A program made the position numbers and the translations under genes. A DNA stretch of 64,000 nt from Squalus acanthias (taxonomy: Eukaryota), in the NCBI GenBank assembly GCA_030390025.1, contig CM059432.1:93374001-93438000 (forward strand). Reading direction: 5' to 3'. Numbering within the stretch: the stretch's first letter is position 1; each line of letters opens with the position of its first letter. Below the pieces are notes generated by a model that searched no databases, was not told where the DNA came from, and worked only from the letters and a program-made list of their open reading frames with translations. Below are positions 37,358 to 50,187 of this stretch, in pieces.

Positions 37358-38183
37358 GGGCTCGATTTTCCAAGCCCCATGGAGGCGGGTTTGGAGGCGG
37401 GAGTGGTGGGAAAATTGCAGATTCGGGGGGCACGTACCCATCCCGCCTCCATGCCAATGTCCCAGGAGGCGGGTACCCGACCTGTGCTGGGAGCCGCCTT
37501 CCCGAGGCGGGAAGGGGATTAGTGCCAATTAACTGCCTGTTAACAGGTAGTTAACGGGCAGTTTTTTGGCTAATCCCTATTTTTAGCCCTGAAGTGTGGG
37601 CTGCCCGACGGCTCCAAACCACGCCAAGTTAGCAAGGTGGACCGTCGGTCTGCAGGGGTCAAGATGTCTGGTGTACAGGTGAGTGATGGGTGCATGAGTG
37701 CAGAGGTAAGTGCGTTTGGTGTGTGTATAAAGTGTTTTAATAAGTTTTACTTACCTTTTCTTTCTCCTCCAGGCTTCCTCCCTTCAGTTCTTGGGAGTCC
37801 CTCAGCTCACCAGCACAGAAAGCAGAATGGCCGCTGAACTGTCAAAAGCTGCAACCTCTGCTTTCTGGTCTGGAGAGCTCTCTAACTGAGTCTGAGTAGA
37901 AGGACTCAAGTTAGAAGACAGATTGTCAGTGTTTGTCAGCGTCACAGAGCTGTCAAACGCTGATATTTCATCTGTCAAAAGCTCTTGACAGATGAAATGT
38001 CAATCGCTAACGTCACCAGTATCCAGGTGTCCCTTAATTGGCCTGCTAAGCCCGCTGGGCGGGCTTAATAAGGTCAATCAAGGGAAAGTAGCGTGGGTTG
38101 GCCACAAATTGATGGAGGCGGGACTACAACCCAAAAAGTGGGAGTCCCGCCTCCATCACGTCCCCTTTGACAAAATCGAGCCC
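37358..38183. mobile_element. Harbinger-type MITE, distinct family
   Basis: Perfect 12-bp TIR GGGCTCGATTTT and TCA TSD. Removing it restores RTE VCTHS|ESELQ. Confidence 0.9.
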
Positions 38184-41100
38184 TCAGAGTCCGAACTCCA
38201 AACCATCGTTGACTCCTTCACTGAAGCGTACGAGAGACTGGGCTTTACACCAAACATCCGAAAGTTCTTTACCAACCTGCCCCGCCGCACAACACTGCCC
38301 CCCGACTGTCAAAATCCATGACGAGACCTTGGATAGTGTGGACCACTTTCCATACCTTGGGAGTCTTCTGTCAACAAGGGCGAACATCGATGTCGAAATC
38401 CAGCAGTGTGCCAGTGCAGTCTTCAGCCACCTGAGGAAAAGAGTGTTTGAAGACCAAGACCTCAAACCCGGCACCAAGCTCATGGTCTACAGAGCAGCAG
38501 TGATACCCGCCCTCCTGTATGCTTCAGAGACATGGACAATGTACAGTAGGCACCTCAAAGCACTGGAGAAGTATCACCAATGCTGCTTCCGCAAAATCCT
38601 GCAAGTCCATTGGCAGGATAGGCATACCAATGTTAGTGTTCTCTCTCAGGCCAACATCCCCAGCATTGAGGCATTGATCACACTCAATCAGCTCCGATGG
38701 ACGGGCCACATTATCCGCATGCCTGATACAAGACTCCCAAAACAAGCACTCTACTCCGAGCTCCGTCACGGCAAGCGATTTCCAGGAGGGCAGGGAAATC
38801 GCTTAAATGACGTTCTCAACGTCTCCTTGAAAAAATGTAACAGCCTCATCGCCTCTTGGGAATCCCTGGCCCAAGACCGCTCAAATTGGAGGAGAAGAAT
38901 TCGAGAAGGCGCCGAGCACTTTTGAGTTTCTTCGTCGGGAGCACGCGGAGGCCAAGTACAAACAGCGGAAGGAGCGTATCACAAACCAAGCACCCCACCC
39001 ACTCATCCCTTCAACCACTACCTGCCCCACCTGTGGCAGAGTCTGTAGATCCCGTATAGGACTCTTAGTCACCTTAGAACCCAAAATATTGAAGTGGAAG
39101 CAAGTCATCCTCTTCTCCAGGGGACTGCCTAAGAAGAAGTATTACATTAAAAGAGAGGTTTATAATGGAGAAAAATAGTAGTAGAAGACACAAAAGGCAT
39201 ACCAAAACTGGTGGGGAACCAAGTGGTTAATGAGATTGAGGAACTTAAAGTAATTAAGATCAGTAGAGAAAAAGTACTTGAGAAACTAATGGGACTAAAA
39301 GCTGACAAATCCCCTGGACCTGATGGCCTTTATCCCAGGGTTCTAAAAGAAGTTGCTGCAGAGATAGTGGATGCATTGGTTGTGATCTTCCAAAATTCCA
39401 TAGATTCTAGAACGGTCCCATGGTAGCAAATGTAACCCCGCTATTCAAGAAAGGAGGGAGAGAAAATAGGGAACTACAGGCCAGTTAGCCTGACATCATT
39501 CATCAGGAAAATGCTGGAATCCATTATTAAGGAAGTGGTAACAGGGCACTTAGAAAATCATAATATGATTAGACAGAGTCAACATGGTTTTATGAAAGGG
39601 AAATTGTGTTTAACAAATTTATTAGAGTTTTTTTGAGGATGTAACTAGCAGGGTAGATAAAGGAGAACCAGTGGATGTAGTATATTTGGATTTCCAAAAG
39701 GCAATGAGGTGCCACATAAAAGGTTGTTACACAAGATAAGGGCTCATGGGGTTGGGGTGATATATTAGCATGGATAGAGAATTGGTTAACGACAGAAAAG
39801 AGAGTAGGGATAAACGGGTCATTTTCCGGTTGGCAGGCTGTAACTAGTGGGGTGCTGCAAGAATCAGTGCTTGGGCCTCAGCTATATATAATCTATATTA
39901 ATGACTTAGATGAAGGGACCGAGTGTAATGATCCCAAGTTTGCTGACGATGCAAAGCTAGGTGGGAAAGTCAGCTGTGAGGAGGACGCAAAGAGCCTACA
40001 AAGGGATATCAACAGGTTAAGTGAGTGGACAATAAGTTGGCAGATGGAGTATAATGTGGGGAAATGTGAGGTTATTCACTTTGGTAGGAATAGAAAAACA
40101 GAATTTTTTTTACATGTTGAGAAACTATTAAATGTTGGCGTTCAGAGAGATTTAGCTGTCCTTGTACAGGAAACACAAAGTTAGCATGGAGGTGTAGCAA
40201 GCAATAAGGAAGGCAAATTGCATGTTAGCCTTTATTGCAAGGGGGTTGGAGTACAAGAGTAAGGAAGTCTTGCTACAATTTTACTTTGGTGAGACCACAT
40301 CTGGAGTACTGTGCACAGTTTTGGTCTCCTTATCTAAGGAAGGATATACTTGCCTTAGAGGCAGTGCAACAACTGTTCACTAGATTGAATCCTGGGATGA
40401 GAGGGTTGGCCTGATGAGGAGAAATTGAATAGATTGGGCCTATACCCTCTGGAGTTCAGAAGAATGAGAGGTGATCTCATTGAAACATACAAGATTCTGA
40501 GGGAAATTGACAGGGTAGATGCTGAGAAGTTGTTTCCCCTGGCTGGAGAGTCTAGAACTAGGGGGCATAGTTTCAGGATAAGTGGGTCTGCCATTAAAGA
40601 CCGAGACGAGGAGGAACTTCTTCACCCAAAGGGTTGTGAATCTTTGGAATTCTCTACCCCAAAGGGCTGTGGACACTGAATCGTTGAGTTTATTCAAGGC
40701 TGAGACATAGATTTTTGGACTCTATAGGTATCAAAGGATATGGGGATCGGGCGGAAAAGCGGAATTGAGATCAAAGATCAGCCATGATCTTTTTGAATGG
40801 CAGGGCAGGCTCGAGGGGCTGTATGGCCTACTTCTGCTCCTAATTCTTATGTATTTGTGTTCTCCCAATCTCCAAAAACGTTAGATTATTCAAAACTCCA
40901 TACCGACGTCACTGGCCTACATTGGCTCCCGAAGGTATTTTAGCCCTCAAAATGAGTATGGTCTTGGATTTTTGATGTCTTCATGGATCATTTTGTTTTT
41001 GGAGAAAGCTGGGTTCATGCTTCCTTTAGCCCTACCTTGTGATAGAACCAGGTGGACAATGAAAACGGCCAAGGATTCTTCCCTACCCATTCCTAAATAA

Positions 41101-42289
41101 GATTAGCTTTTTCAATTACTGTCTGGTAAGAGCAGCTTGCTTTGAAATTTAATAGAAATGCCAGCCAAAACATTTAGGAATGCAGCTAAGTACCCGGATA
41201 TCCGATTGATTGATGGCTCACAAAATAAAGCAGATTGAAAAATGTCACTTTCCTTTAATACACAAATATTCTCAAATAACCAATGTTACAAATTTGCTTG
41301 TTGTGCTTAAGGGTGCATTTATACTATAACTGTAGCATTGATGAAAAATGCATCCTGAATCTGAAGATAAGGACAGAGAAAATCAATGAGAATAGTTCCA
41401 GGACTGAGGCTTCTAAAATTAAGAGAAATTTCAGTATTAAGCTAATTCAGACAGTTGAACAGTTAAAGTCATGGGCCAGTTGGGATGATGGTGAGCTGGC
41501 AGCGTTCTCTGTCATTCCGCCTTTAAAATTGACCGCAACTTTGGGATTTGCTGCAAAGGCATGTTTAAAAATCCCAACAGTATTTAAAAATCTCAAAGGA
41601 ATACCACTGTGATTTGTAAATTGCCAAAGGACAGACAGTATCTGATTGCCAAAAAAAAAAACCATTCTGGAAAGCAGAACTTCCCAAATTTTGTAGATGT
41701 GCTGGTTCTCTCACTTGGCTAGAAACTGGCACCATTACCAGGCAGACCAGTAGCAGAACATTATAAAAATACAACACAAAATGCATTTACACACCTAAAA
41801 GAGCCTGTGCCCCAAGCATTAGCCAGCTCTTATTTCTACATTTATTAGAAAGTTAGAAATAACTTAAAGAATGTTTTGACACAGGCTGGAATAATGCTTA
41901 TGATATTTGGTTCTGCTATCTGAACTAACACCCAAAAAGAGAAAAAAAATCCATGGATAGGAAACAAATGTTTCCTACCAAGACACCATGGATCATATTT
42001 GTCAGTGTTTCATAATTTTAACGAGAAAGTAGATGCAAGTGGTGTAATTTTGTTAGATAGTGCTGACGGAGTGCCAGACCATGTTTAGCACTGTTCTAGA
42101 TCAAGAAACTTTAGCAACAAATGTGCACCAAGTCTTTTTTTTCTCTCTCATTAAAAAACAACTTGGAGGCTTGCATAGTCAAATAAAGAAATTAATATTC
42201 TACACCAGTTCAGACCACGCATCAGTGAACTAAAAGGAAAAGGAAAGTTTCAAAGCATCACCACTGCAGTGGTAGAGTGAACAGTATAA

Positions 42290-43068
42290 GCCTGTAAACT
42301 TCAGCTAATCCAAAACTCTGCTGCTCGTATCCTATCACACACCCAAGTCCTGCTCACCCATGAGGGGGAATTTTAACCCCCCATAACTAGCGGGAGAGGG
42401 GCGAGGGGGTAGATTAAAATTTCAAAAATCTGAAATCCGACCCCAGCCCACCTCGAATGCGCCCACTTCTGGTTTTAACTGGGTTGGGTTGGGGGGTGTG
42501 GGGGGGGATGGGTAACTAACCTGCTCGAGAGGCGGGTCAGTTACTTAAATATGTTAATGATCCTGCACGCCTCAAATTTTAACAGACTTTTAGATTTAAC
42601 AACTGTGGGCCGGGTTTCCCAGGGCTCGGGAAACCAGACAGCTGAAGGGAGGCGAGAACGGCCGGATCCAGCAGGTGAGTGCTTTTCCAGCACTGCTTGT
42701 GGGCCAGGAGGAGCAGGAGTGCTTCCCCTCGGCCCCCCAAGCAAACCTGCTATCTTCTCCACGATCCACCAACCCCCCGCCCCCAAAACTGCTATCTCCC
42801 CCACCCCCTGCAATCTCTCCCTTCCTCCCTCCGCTCCCCGGCTGCGGCCTTCCAGCTCGACAGCCATCCAGCCTCTCGATCTGGCTTCCTTGTTCTGGAA
42901 CTTTCTCCTTAAAACCCTCCTCAAAAACCATCTTTGACCAAACTTTTGGTCGCCCTCCTAATATCTCCTCCTTTGGCTTCACATCCATTTTTTGACTACG
43001 CCTCTCTGAAGCACTTTGGGATGTTTTTTGATGTTAAAGGTGCTATATAAATGCAAGTTGCTGTTGTT
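42290..43068 (+). mobile_element. L2-like 3' fragment containing a GC-rich MITE-like insert (about 42364-42860)
   Basis: QNSAARIL motif and tail AAGGTGCTATATAAATGCAAGTTG(CTG)(TTG)n. Insert starts GGGGGAATTTTAACC. Confidence 0.6.
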
Positions 43069-43559
43069 GTATGGTGGGGCTGTTTGTTCACATCACCTAA
43101 ATTAAATGCCGCTTATGCGGGAAAATGGAGGGAAAGAATGGCTGGAAAAAGGCAAGGAATAGGGCCACTGGGACTTGTGTCTCATTTAACTAGTGTCCAT
43201 ATTCAATGCAGAACAGCTGCAAATTGTGCACTTTTAGTTTTGGCAGCAGGAAATGTGCATGCATGGGAAAATATTTCACAGGGTGGCATTTAGGCTCTTA
43301 AGCTGGGTGACTATTTACTGTACATGTTGTTTGAAGAGTGGAGGGGATTGACCGATGACCGAGTTAGTGGATTTTAGCTGGGGCAATGGTGTAGTAACTA
43401 CACAGTTGGTCTCAATGTCCCTGGACCAGGGGAGGAAACAAAAATGAGCCAAGGTTCCTGCTCCTGACTGCCAGCCAGTGATCCTTCCTATAAAGTGCAC
43501 ATGTGTGGACTTCTCCCTCCTATTGTGAGCAAACTCCTCTTCCATAACCAGATAAAGGG

Positions 43560-44315
43560 GGATAAGGGAGAAGCAATATACACTTAATGGCACAGTTTTA
43601 AAGAGTGTGCAGGGACAGAGGGACCTGGGAGTTAATGTGCATAGGGGTCCCTGAAGGTGGCAGGACATACTGAGAGTGGTTAGCAAAGCATATGGGATCT
43701 TGGGTTTCATAAATAGAGGTATTGAGTACAAAAGTAGAGACGTTATGCTGAATCTTTATAAAGCACTGGTTAGGCCACAATTGGAGTATTGCTTCCAGTT
43801 CTGGTCACCACACTTTAGGAAGGATGCGAAGGCCCTTGAGAGGGTGCAGAGGAGATTTACCAGAATGGTTCCGGGGATGGAGGATCTTAGCTACAAGGAC
43901 AGGTTGGAAAAGCTGGCTTTGTTTCATTAGAGCAAAGGAGGTTGAGAGGTGATTTGATAGAGGTGTACAAGATTATGATAGGTTTGGATAGGCTAGACGG
44001 GGAAAGGCTGTTCCCACTAGTTGATGGTACAAGGACTAGGGGACACATTTTTAAGGTTTTGGGCAAGAGATACAGGGAGGATGTGAGGAAAAACCTTTTT
44101 ACGCAGCAAGTGGTGAGGACCTGGAACTCGCTGCTGACGGAAGTGGTGGAAGCGGACACACTCAATGTTTTCAAGGGGAGACTGGATAGGCACTTGAGGG
44201 AAATAAACTTGCAGGGCTACGGGGATAAAGTGGGGGAATGGGACTGGCTCGATTGCTCTGCAGAGAGCTGGCATGGACTCGCTGGGCCGAATGGCCTCCT
44301 TCTGTGCTGTTATGA
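43560..44315 (+). mobile_element. CR1 3' fragment
   Basis: ORFs 43676-43930 and 43942-44319 encode the CR1 RT C-terminus. Confidence 0.88.
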
Positions 44316-45679
44316 CTAACTGTGTAACTACTTTATGCTCCCACCTAACGTGTTGTCCCACAGACAATATCTAGCAGTGGCCATCTTCAGGAGTTTTGTA
44401 GCAAGAATCCCTTACTGATGTGTCATGGTACTTTTTGGCACTATGGGCAAAAGAACATTTTGGACTTGGCTGCGATCTTTAAACAGTTAGCTGTTTGACT
44501 TGAAATTGTTAGTTTTGTTAACTAATTGTGTTGTGTGCTATTTTACTTTCTTTACAGTACAGCAATGAAAGGTTTTGCAGTTACTTGAATGAAAATACCA
44601 CTTTTACAGGTTTCAAATGAGGATCAAAAGGATTTAATGTATACAATAAAAAAATCTAATCTAAACAGATTTTATCTTTATTTAACAATGTTGCCAATTA
44701 CCACAAATTTGCACATCAATACCCACACAGATATTTTTTACACAGAAACCATGGTAATGGACCAAATGCAGGACTAGGTAAATTAGGAAATAGTTACCAT
44801 GTGACACCAATTGATACCTGCTTGAATAAAAAGTTTTCATTAATCACAGAAGTAGTTTGACCAATCAGATTTTTATACTGAAGATCACGGCATGGTCCCA
44901 TTACTATAGTCATGTGACAACAAACACTATTATAGTAAATCATCAGACTTATGACGGCAGATCTAAACAGAGGTTCCAACACATATTAGCTGTATATTTA
45001 CATACCAGGGGAAGCCACGAGGAAGAAGGGTTACTACTTGGCAAATTTAGAAAATCGATATGATTAATTCTAAATCTATTCGTAACAGAGGATCAAATTT
45101 CACCAAAGTGAAGTACAGATTTTGTGATTAAGAGGTTCGGGATAAAGAGTAATGCCCAAAATATTTAAAGCTATAAACTTGTCTTTGTGAAAAAAGTGTG
45201 TCAATTTTTATTCACCAAAAAACATGATGTAAAACACATTGAAATAGGTCAAATCACTTGTATAGGGCATGACTGCAACACAAACGACGCATAACTCTTC
45301 TCCCGCCCCAGCGCGATAAAAGTTTGCCAAACACCTTTTCATCAAAACTATTCCCTTTTTACTAAATACACTTATTGAATTTGTTAAGCATTTAAAATAA
45401 AATACAGATTATTTTACAATAAGAAATGATTTAGAATAGAAATTTATCCATTAGTCTTCAGTAAAACCAGCTGTACGTAAATATCATATCTTGTAATTTA
45501 AAAAAGTACAAAAGATTTTTTAAAAGTGAATACAAAAGTTATTTAACTTCATGTAATGAGTACCATATTTTCTTATTATTAACACAAATAACAGAGGTTC
45601 ACAAATACTGCAATATAACAGGTGCAGTTGGTAAATAAGCTTATGGAATATGGAAGCTTGCATGTTCCACTCTGCTGTA

Positions 45680-46080
45680 GGACTCACTTGGCTTATCACT
45701 TCCTCAAAGAAGTCGAATAGATTGGTTATGCAGGATCTACCCCTTCTGAATTCATGCTGACTGCTGTTAACTTGATTGTACATATGATCCTTAAATTTAC
45801 TCCCGATAATCCAATATTTCACATGGTATCGAGTTGAGCCTAATGGGTCTGCAATTGCCTACCTCGGATTTGTCATCCTTCTTGAATATAGACTCTCTAT
45901 TAGCTTTTTTCCAATCTACTGCTAGTCCCCCCTCTCCTCCCACCACCAACCCCCTGTTTACAGTGATTCCTTTATAATCATCACCAGTACCTCAAAATCA
46001 TCTCCCGAGTCTCTCTCAGCACTCTGGGATAATTACCACCTATTCCTAGGAATTTGTTTTGAGCCCATTTAGCTAGTCTA
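45680..46080 (-). mobile_element. Old CR1 RT fragment
   Basis: SQHEFRRGRSCITNLFDFFEEV remnant. Confidence 0.6.
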
Positions 46081-46494
46081 GGACCTCATTTACAAAAAAG
46101 TCACTGATTTTACTTGGAATCTTTATACAATGTTCTGTTTGACAAAGAAATACTTCTGGATATGGCTCTATGATGCCTTTATTCTTCAGTATTCATCTAA
46201 AAAATACATTTGTAATTAAAAAGAAAGAAAAAGATTTGTTTAAAGTGCTATGCAATGGTTGCTTTTATTTGGAGCTGCAATGCTCACATGTTTAAGGTGA
46301 GACACTGAAATATGGACATTTCTTCATTTGGCCTCGGCTCTCAAAACCCTTTACTACTCACTACTTTTAGTTGACCGTGGAGGTGTGGGGGGTTGTTCCC
46401 GTCATATTTGAGGAAATAAAACATGGAATGATGAAAGGTCCTTTGACCCATCAAGTTTTACTTATCCTCTCGCTGCAGCAGCAGCAGCAGCAGT

Positions 46495-47180
46495 GAGAGG
46501 ATAAAGAGCAGCTCGAGAGTGGACCTGAATTAAAGCAGCGGCAGCAGCGAGAGGATAAAGAGCAGCCCGAGAGTGGACCTGAATTAAAGCAGCGGCAGCG
46601 GCGAGAGGATAAAGAGCAGCCCGAGAGTGGACCTGAATTAAAACAGCGGCAGCAGCGAGAGGATAAAGAGCGGCCCGAGAGTGGACCTGAATTAAAGCAG
46701 CGGCAGCAGCGAGAGGATAAAGAGCAGCTCGAGAGTGGACCTGAATTAAAACAGCGGCAGCAGCGAGAGGATAAAGAGCGGCCCGAGAGCGGACCTGAAT
46801 TAAAGCAGCGGCAGCGGCGAGAGGATAAAGAGCGTCCCGAGAGTGGACCTGAATTAAAGCAGCGGCAGCAGCGAGAGGATAAAGAGCAGCTCGAGAGTGG
46901 ACCTGAATTAAAGCAGCGACAGCGGCGAGATGATAAAGAGCGTCCCGAGAGTGGACCTGAATTAAAGCAGCAGCAGCGGCGAGAGGATAAAGAGCGTCCC
47001 GAGAGCGGACCTGAATTAAAGCAGCGGCGAGAGGATAAAGTGCAGCCCAAGTGTGGACCTGAATTAAAGCAGCGGCGAGAGGATAAAGTGCAGCCCAAGT
47101 GTGGACCTGAATTAAAGCAGCGGCGAGAGGATAAAGAGCAGCCCAAGTGTGGACCTGAATTAAAGCAGCGGCAGCAGCGA
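46495..47180. repeat. Minisatellite of about 13 units (54 and 48 bp) directly upstream of CR1 ORF1
   Basis: Unit GAGAGGATAAAGAGCAGCCCGAGAGTGGACCTGAATTAAAGCAGCGGCAGCAGC. Starts every 54 bp from 46495 to 46981, then at 47029, 47077 and 47125. Confidence 0.95.
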
Positions 47181-49443
47181 GGCTCCGATTCAAAAACAAC
47201 AAAAAAATTCAAGAGTGACGTCACAGGAGAGCAGGTAGGTGATTTGTTGCTGAGTATTCCAGCTTTTTTTTGCTCTCTAAGTTAGAGAAGGGGGTTAAAT
47301 TAAGAGCTGAGAAACTGTAACGTGCTAGTACATATTTAATTAATAACAAATTAATAACTTAAACGAGATAATATAATCAAACAATAAAACGAAAATATCA
47401 ATTGAATAATAGCTTTAACTAATTAATGAATAAATAAAACAAGGTTAGAGGTGGCAGGGCAGGCGGTGTGTCGTAACTGCAGCATGTGGAAGCTTGTGGC
47501 GAGCATCGCGATCCTGAGCAACCACATCTGCAGTGACTGCAACTCGAGGAACTTCGGCTCAGAGTTGTTGAGCTGGAGTACAAGGTGCAGACATTGCGAT
47601 GCAACAGGGAGGGCGAGAGTTACCTGGATACAGTCACACCCTTTAGGTTAAGTAGTACTTTCATCAGTGGTCAGGGGCAGGAGGATGTGACTGCGAGTCA
47701 GGCATGTAGTGATGGAGGAGCCTCAGCCCTTGACCTTGTCCAACAGGTACGAGGTACTTGCTACCTGTATGGATGAGGAAAAGGACTGCAGGGAGGATGG
47801 GCAAACTGGCCACGACACCGTGGTACAGGGGGCCATCCAAGTGGGGGGGAGAAGGATGGAATGTGGTAGTATTAGGGGACAGTATAGTCAGAGGGATAGA
47901 TACTGTTCTCTGCAGCCACAAGAGTCCCGAAGGCTGTGTTGCCTGCCCGGTGCCAGGGTTAAGGATATCTCCTCGCGGCTGGAGAAGAAATTGGAGTGGG
48001 AGGGGGAGGATCCAGTTGTCGTGGTCCATGTAGGAACCAACGACATAGGTAGAACGAAGAATGAAGTTCTGCTGAGGGAGTTTGATGAGCCAGAGTCTAA
48101 ATTCATAAGTAGAACCTCAAGGGTAATAATCTCTGGAGTACTAACTGAGCCACGTGCAAATTGGCATAGGGTCAAGCAGATCAGAGAGTTAAATGCGTGG
48201 CTCATAGAGTGGTGTGGGAAGAAGGGGTTTCAATTCATGGGGCACTGGCACCAGTACTGGGGAAAGAGGGAGCTGTTCCGTTGGGACGGGCTATACTTAA
48301 ACTGGGCTGGGACCAGCATCCTGGCGAATCGAATAACTAGGGCTGGAGATAGGGCTTGAAACTAAAAAAGGGAGGGGGGGGGGGGGTCAGGTGAGGGGAT
48401 ATTTAGAAATATGAAGAGAAAGGTCAAGGCAATAGAGAAGTGTAGCGATTTGGATAAAAATAAGCAGAGTGTGACAGGAAGGGACAGAGAGTTTAACAGT
48501 AGCAGTGCTGCAGAGAATAAGGTCAAAGCAGGGAATAATGGTAAAAAATTAAATTAAAGGCTCTTTATCTGATTGCATGAAGCATTCTTAACAAGATAGA
48601 CGAACTAGTGGCACAAATAGAGATAAATGGGTTTGATCTAATAGCCATTACAGAGACCTGGTTGCAAGGTGGCGAAGGTTGGGAACTAAATGTTCCAGGG
48701 TACTTGACGTTTTGAAAAGACAGGCAGAATGGAAAAGGAGGGTGAGTAGCCCTGATAATAAAGGATGACATAAGGACAGTAACGTGAAAGGATCTCGGCT
48801 TGGAAGATCAGGAAGTAGAATCAGTATGGGTGGAGATAAGGAATAACAAGGGACAGAAAACACTGGTGGGAGTAATATATAGGCCCCCTAACAGTAGCTA
48901 TACCGTTGGACAGACTATTAATCAAGAAATAGTAGAAGCTTGTAACGAAGGTAATGCAATAATCGTGGGGGACTTTAATCTTCATGTAGACTGGACAAAT
49001 CAAATTGGCAAAGGTAGTCTGGAGGACAAGTTCCTGGAATGCATTTGGGACAGTTTCCTAGAACAATGCGTCATGGAACCAACCAGGGAACAGACTATTT
49101 TAGATCTTGTATTGTGTAATGAGCCAGGGTTAATTAGAAATCTCATAGTAAAGGATCCTCTGGGGCAGAGAGATCATAATGTGATAGAATTTCACATTAA
49201 GTTTGAGAGTAACTTGCCTAGGTTCGAAACTTGAGCCTTAAACTTAAATAAAGCCAATTAAATAGGTATGAGGGGCGAGTTGGCTAAGGTAGATTGGAAA
49301 ATTAGATTAAAAGGTATGGCGGTAGATAAGCAGTGGATAGCATTTAAAGAAATATTTCATAATTCTCAACAAAAATACATTCCATTGAGAAACAAAAACT
49401 CCACAGGAAAAGTGATCCATCCTTGGCTAACTAAAGAAACATT

Positions 49444-50187
49444 GGCCCAGAAATTGATCTCGCTCTGTTCCCGCGGGGGTAAGCCTTTCCCGCGATGTCT
49501 CACCTCGCTTATGCTTTTTCTGATCCAGCTCGCACGAAATTGATGTTCCAGACATCAGCTGTGCTGGGCTTGCGTATCCCAGCGGCGTAGTTAATTCGTG
49601 CGAGCTGTGGGATCACGTGACTCAGTTAGAGCCAATGGCAGCACACCATCTTCCATTCATAAGTCTCACAGCATGGCTGAGAGACTTATGAATCTTACAC
49701 CCCCCCAAAATAACAGCTAAACCTCAATTAAATTTAAAAAAAAAACCATCACATTAATAAAATAAGTATAGTTAATTAAATTAACCATTTTAAATAAAAA
49801 ATTAAATTTTTGAAAAAATTTAAAATCTTTTAAAAAGTTATAAAAATAAACTTACCTGTCTTTAAAGTCTATAAAAAAGATATACCTGTAAAAAAAAATT
49901 CAAAAAAATACTTAATTCACTACTTACCTTCTTAAAAGCGGGTCTTACTCCTCCTTTTTACATTTCCAAAATCTTCAGTACTTACCTGCGCGTCCAAAGC
50001 ATGAAGTGCACAGCGTGCGCGCAGCCTGTAGCGCGCACGCGATGCACTCAGGCCCCGCCCCCTTTTCGGAAGAGCAATTGCCGGTTTTCAGCGCATGCGC
50101 AGGGCATGCAGAAAACCGGCAATTGGAGTGGGAATACGCGAGAGTATGCAGTGCGTACTCTCGCGTCCCGGGATCAATTTTCGGCCC
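49444..50187 (+). mobile_element. Harbinger-type MITE, hairpin family copy 3
   Basis: TIR GGCCCAGAAATTGATC/GGGCCGAAAATTGATC and ATT TSD on both sides. Confidence 0.9.

Larger units (their letters stand above)
30777..39139 (+). mobile_element. RTE-clade LINE, probably full length, degenerate, with four nested insertions
   Basis: FGTWNVR, YAPT, LGDFNARVG, WQHPRSRHWHLLDY, QCGFRP, FFDLTKAFD, QGCVIAPTLF, LRWTGHIIRM and an AAG-repeat tail. Inserted at CR1 WLTKE|V. Confidence 0.88.
27590..40855 (+). mobile_element. Degenerate near-full-length CR1 LINE with multiple nested insertions
   Basis: ORF1 zinc finger/esterase (CHNC, GDSIVRG) at 28006-29700, APE at 29890-30775, RT and 3' UTR at 39140-40855. 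Flanked by L2-like fragments. Confidence 0.85.

Noticed and set aside
43330..43500. Possible old SINE body
   Set aside because: Too degenerate to assign without a database search.
46495..47180. CRISPR-like periodic array
   Set aside because: No unique spacers, no cas genes, and the context is eukaryotic.
46451..47224. Long Cys-rich and Ala-rich minus-strand ORFs (257 and 246 aa)
   Set aside because: By-products of a minisatellite whose unit lengths are multiples of 3. No domain or gene context.
49920..49990. U1 snRNA fragments (TACTTACCTG)
   Set aside because: Match is limited to about 10 nt with no U1 body. Better read as antisense 5' splice sites.
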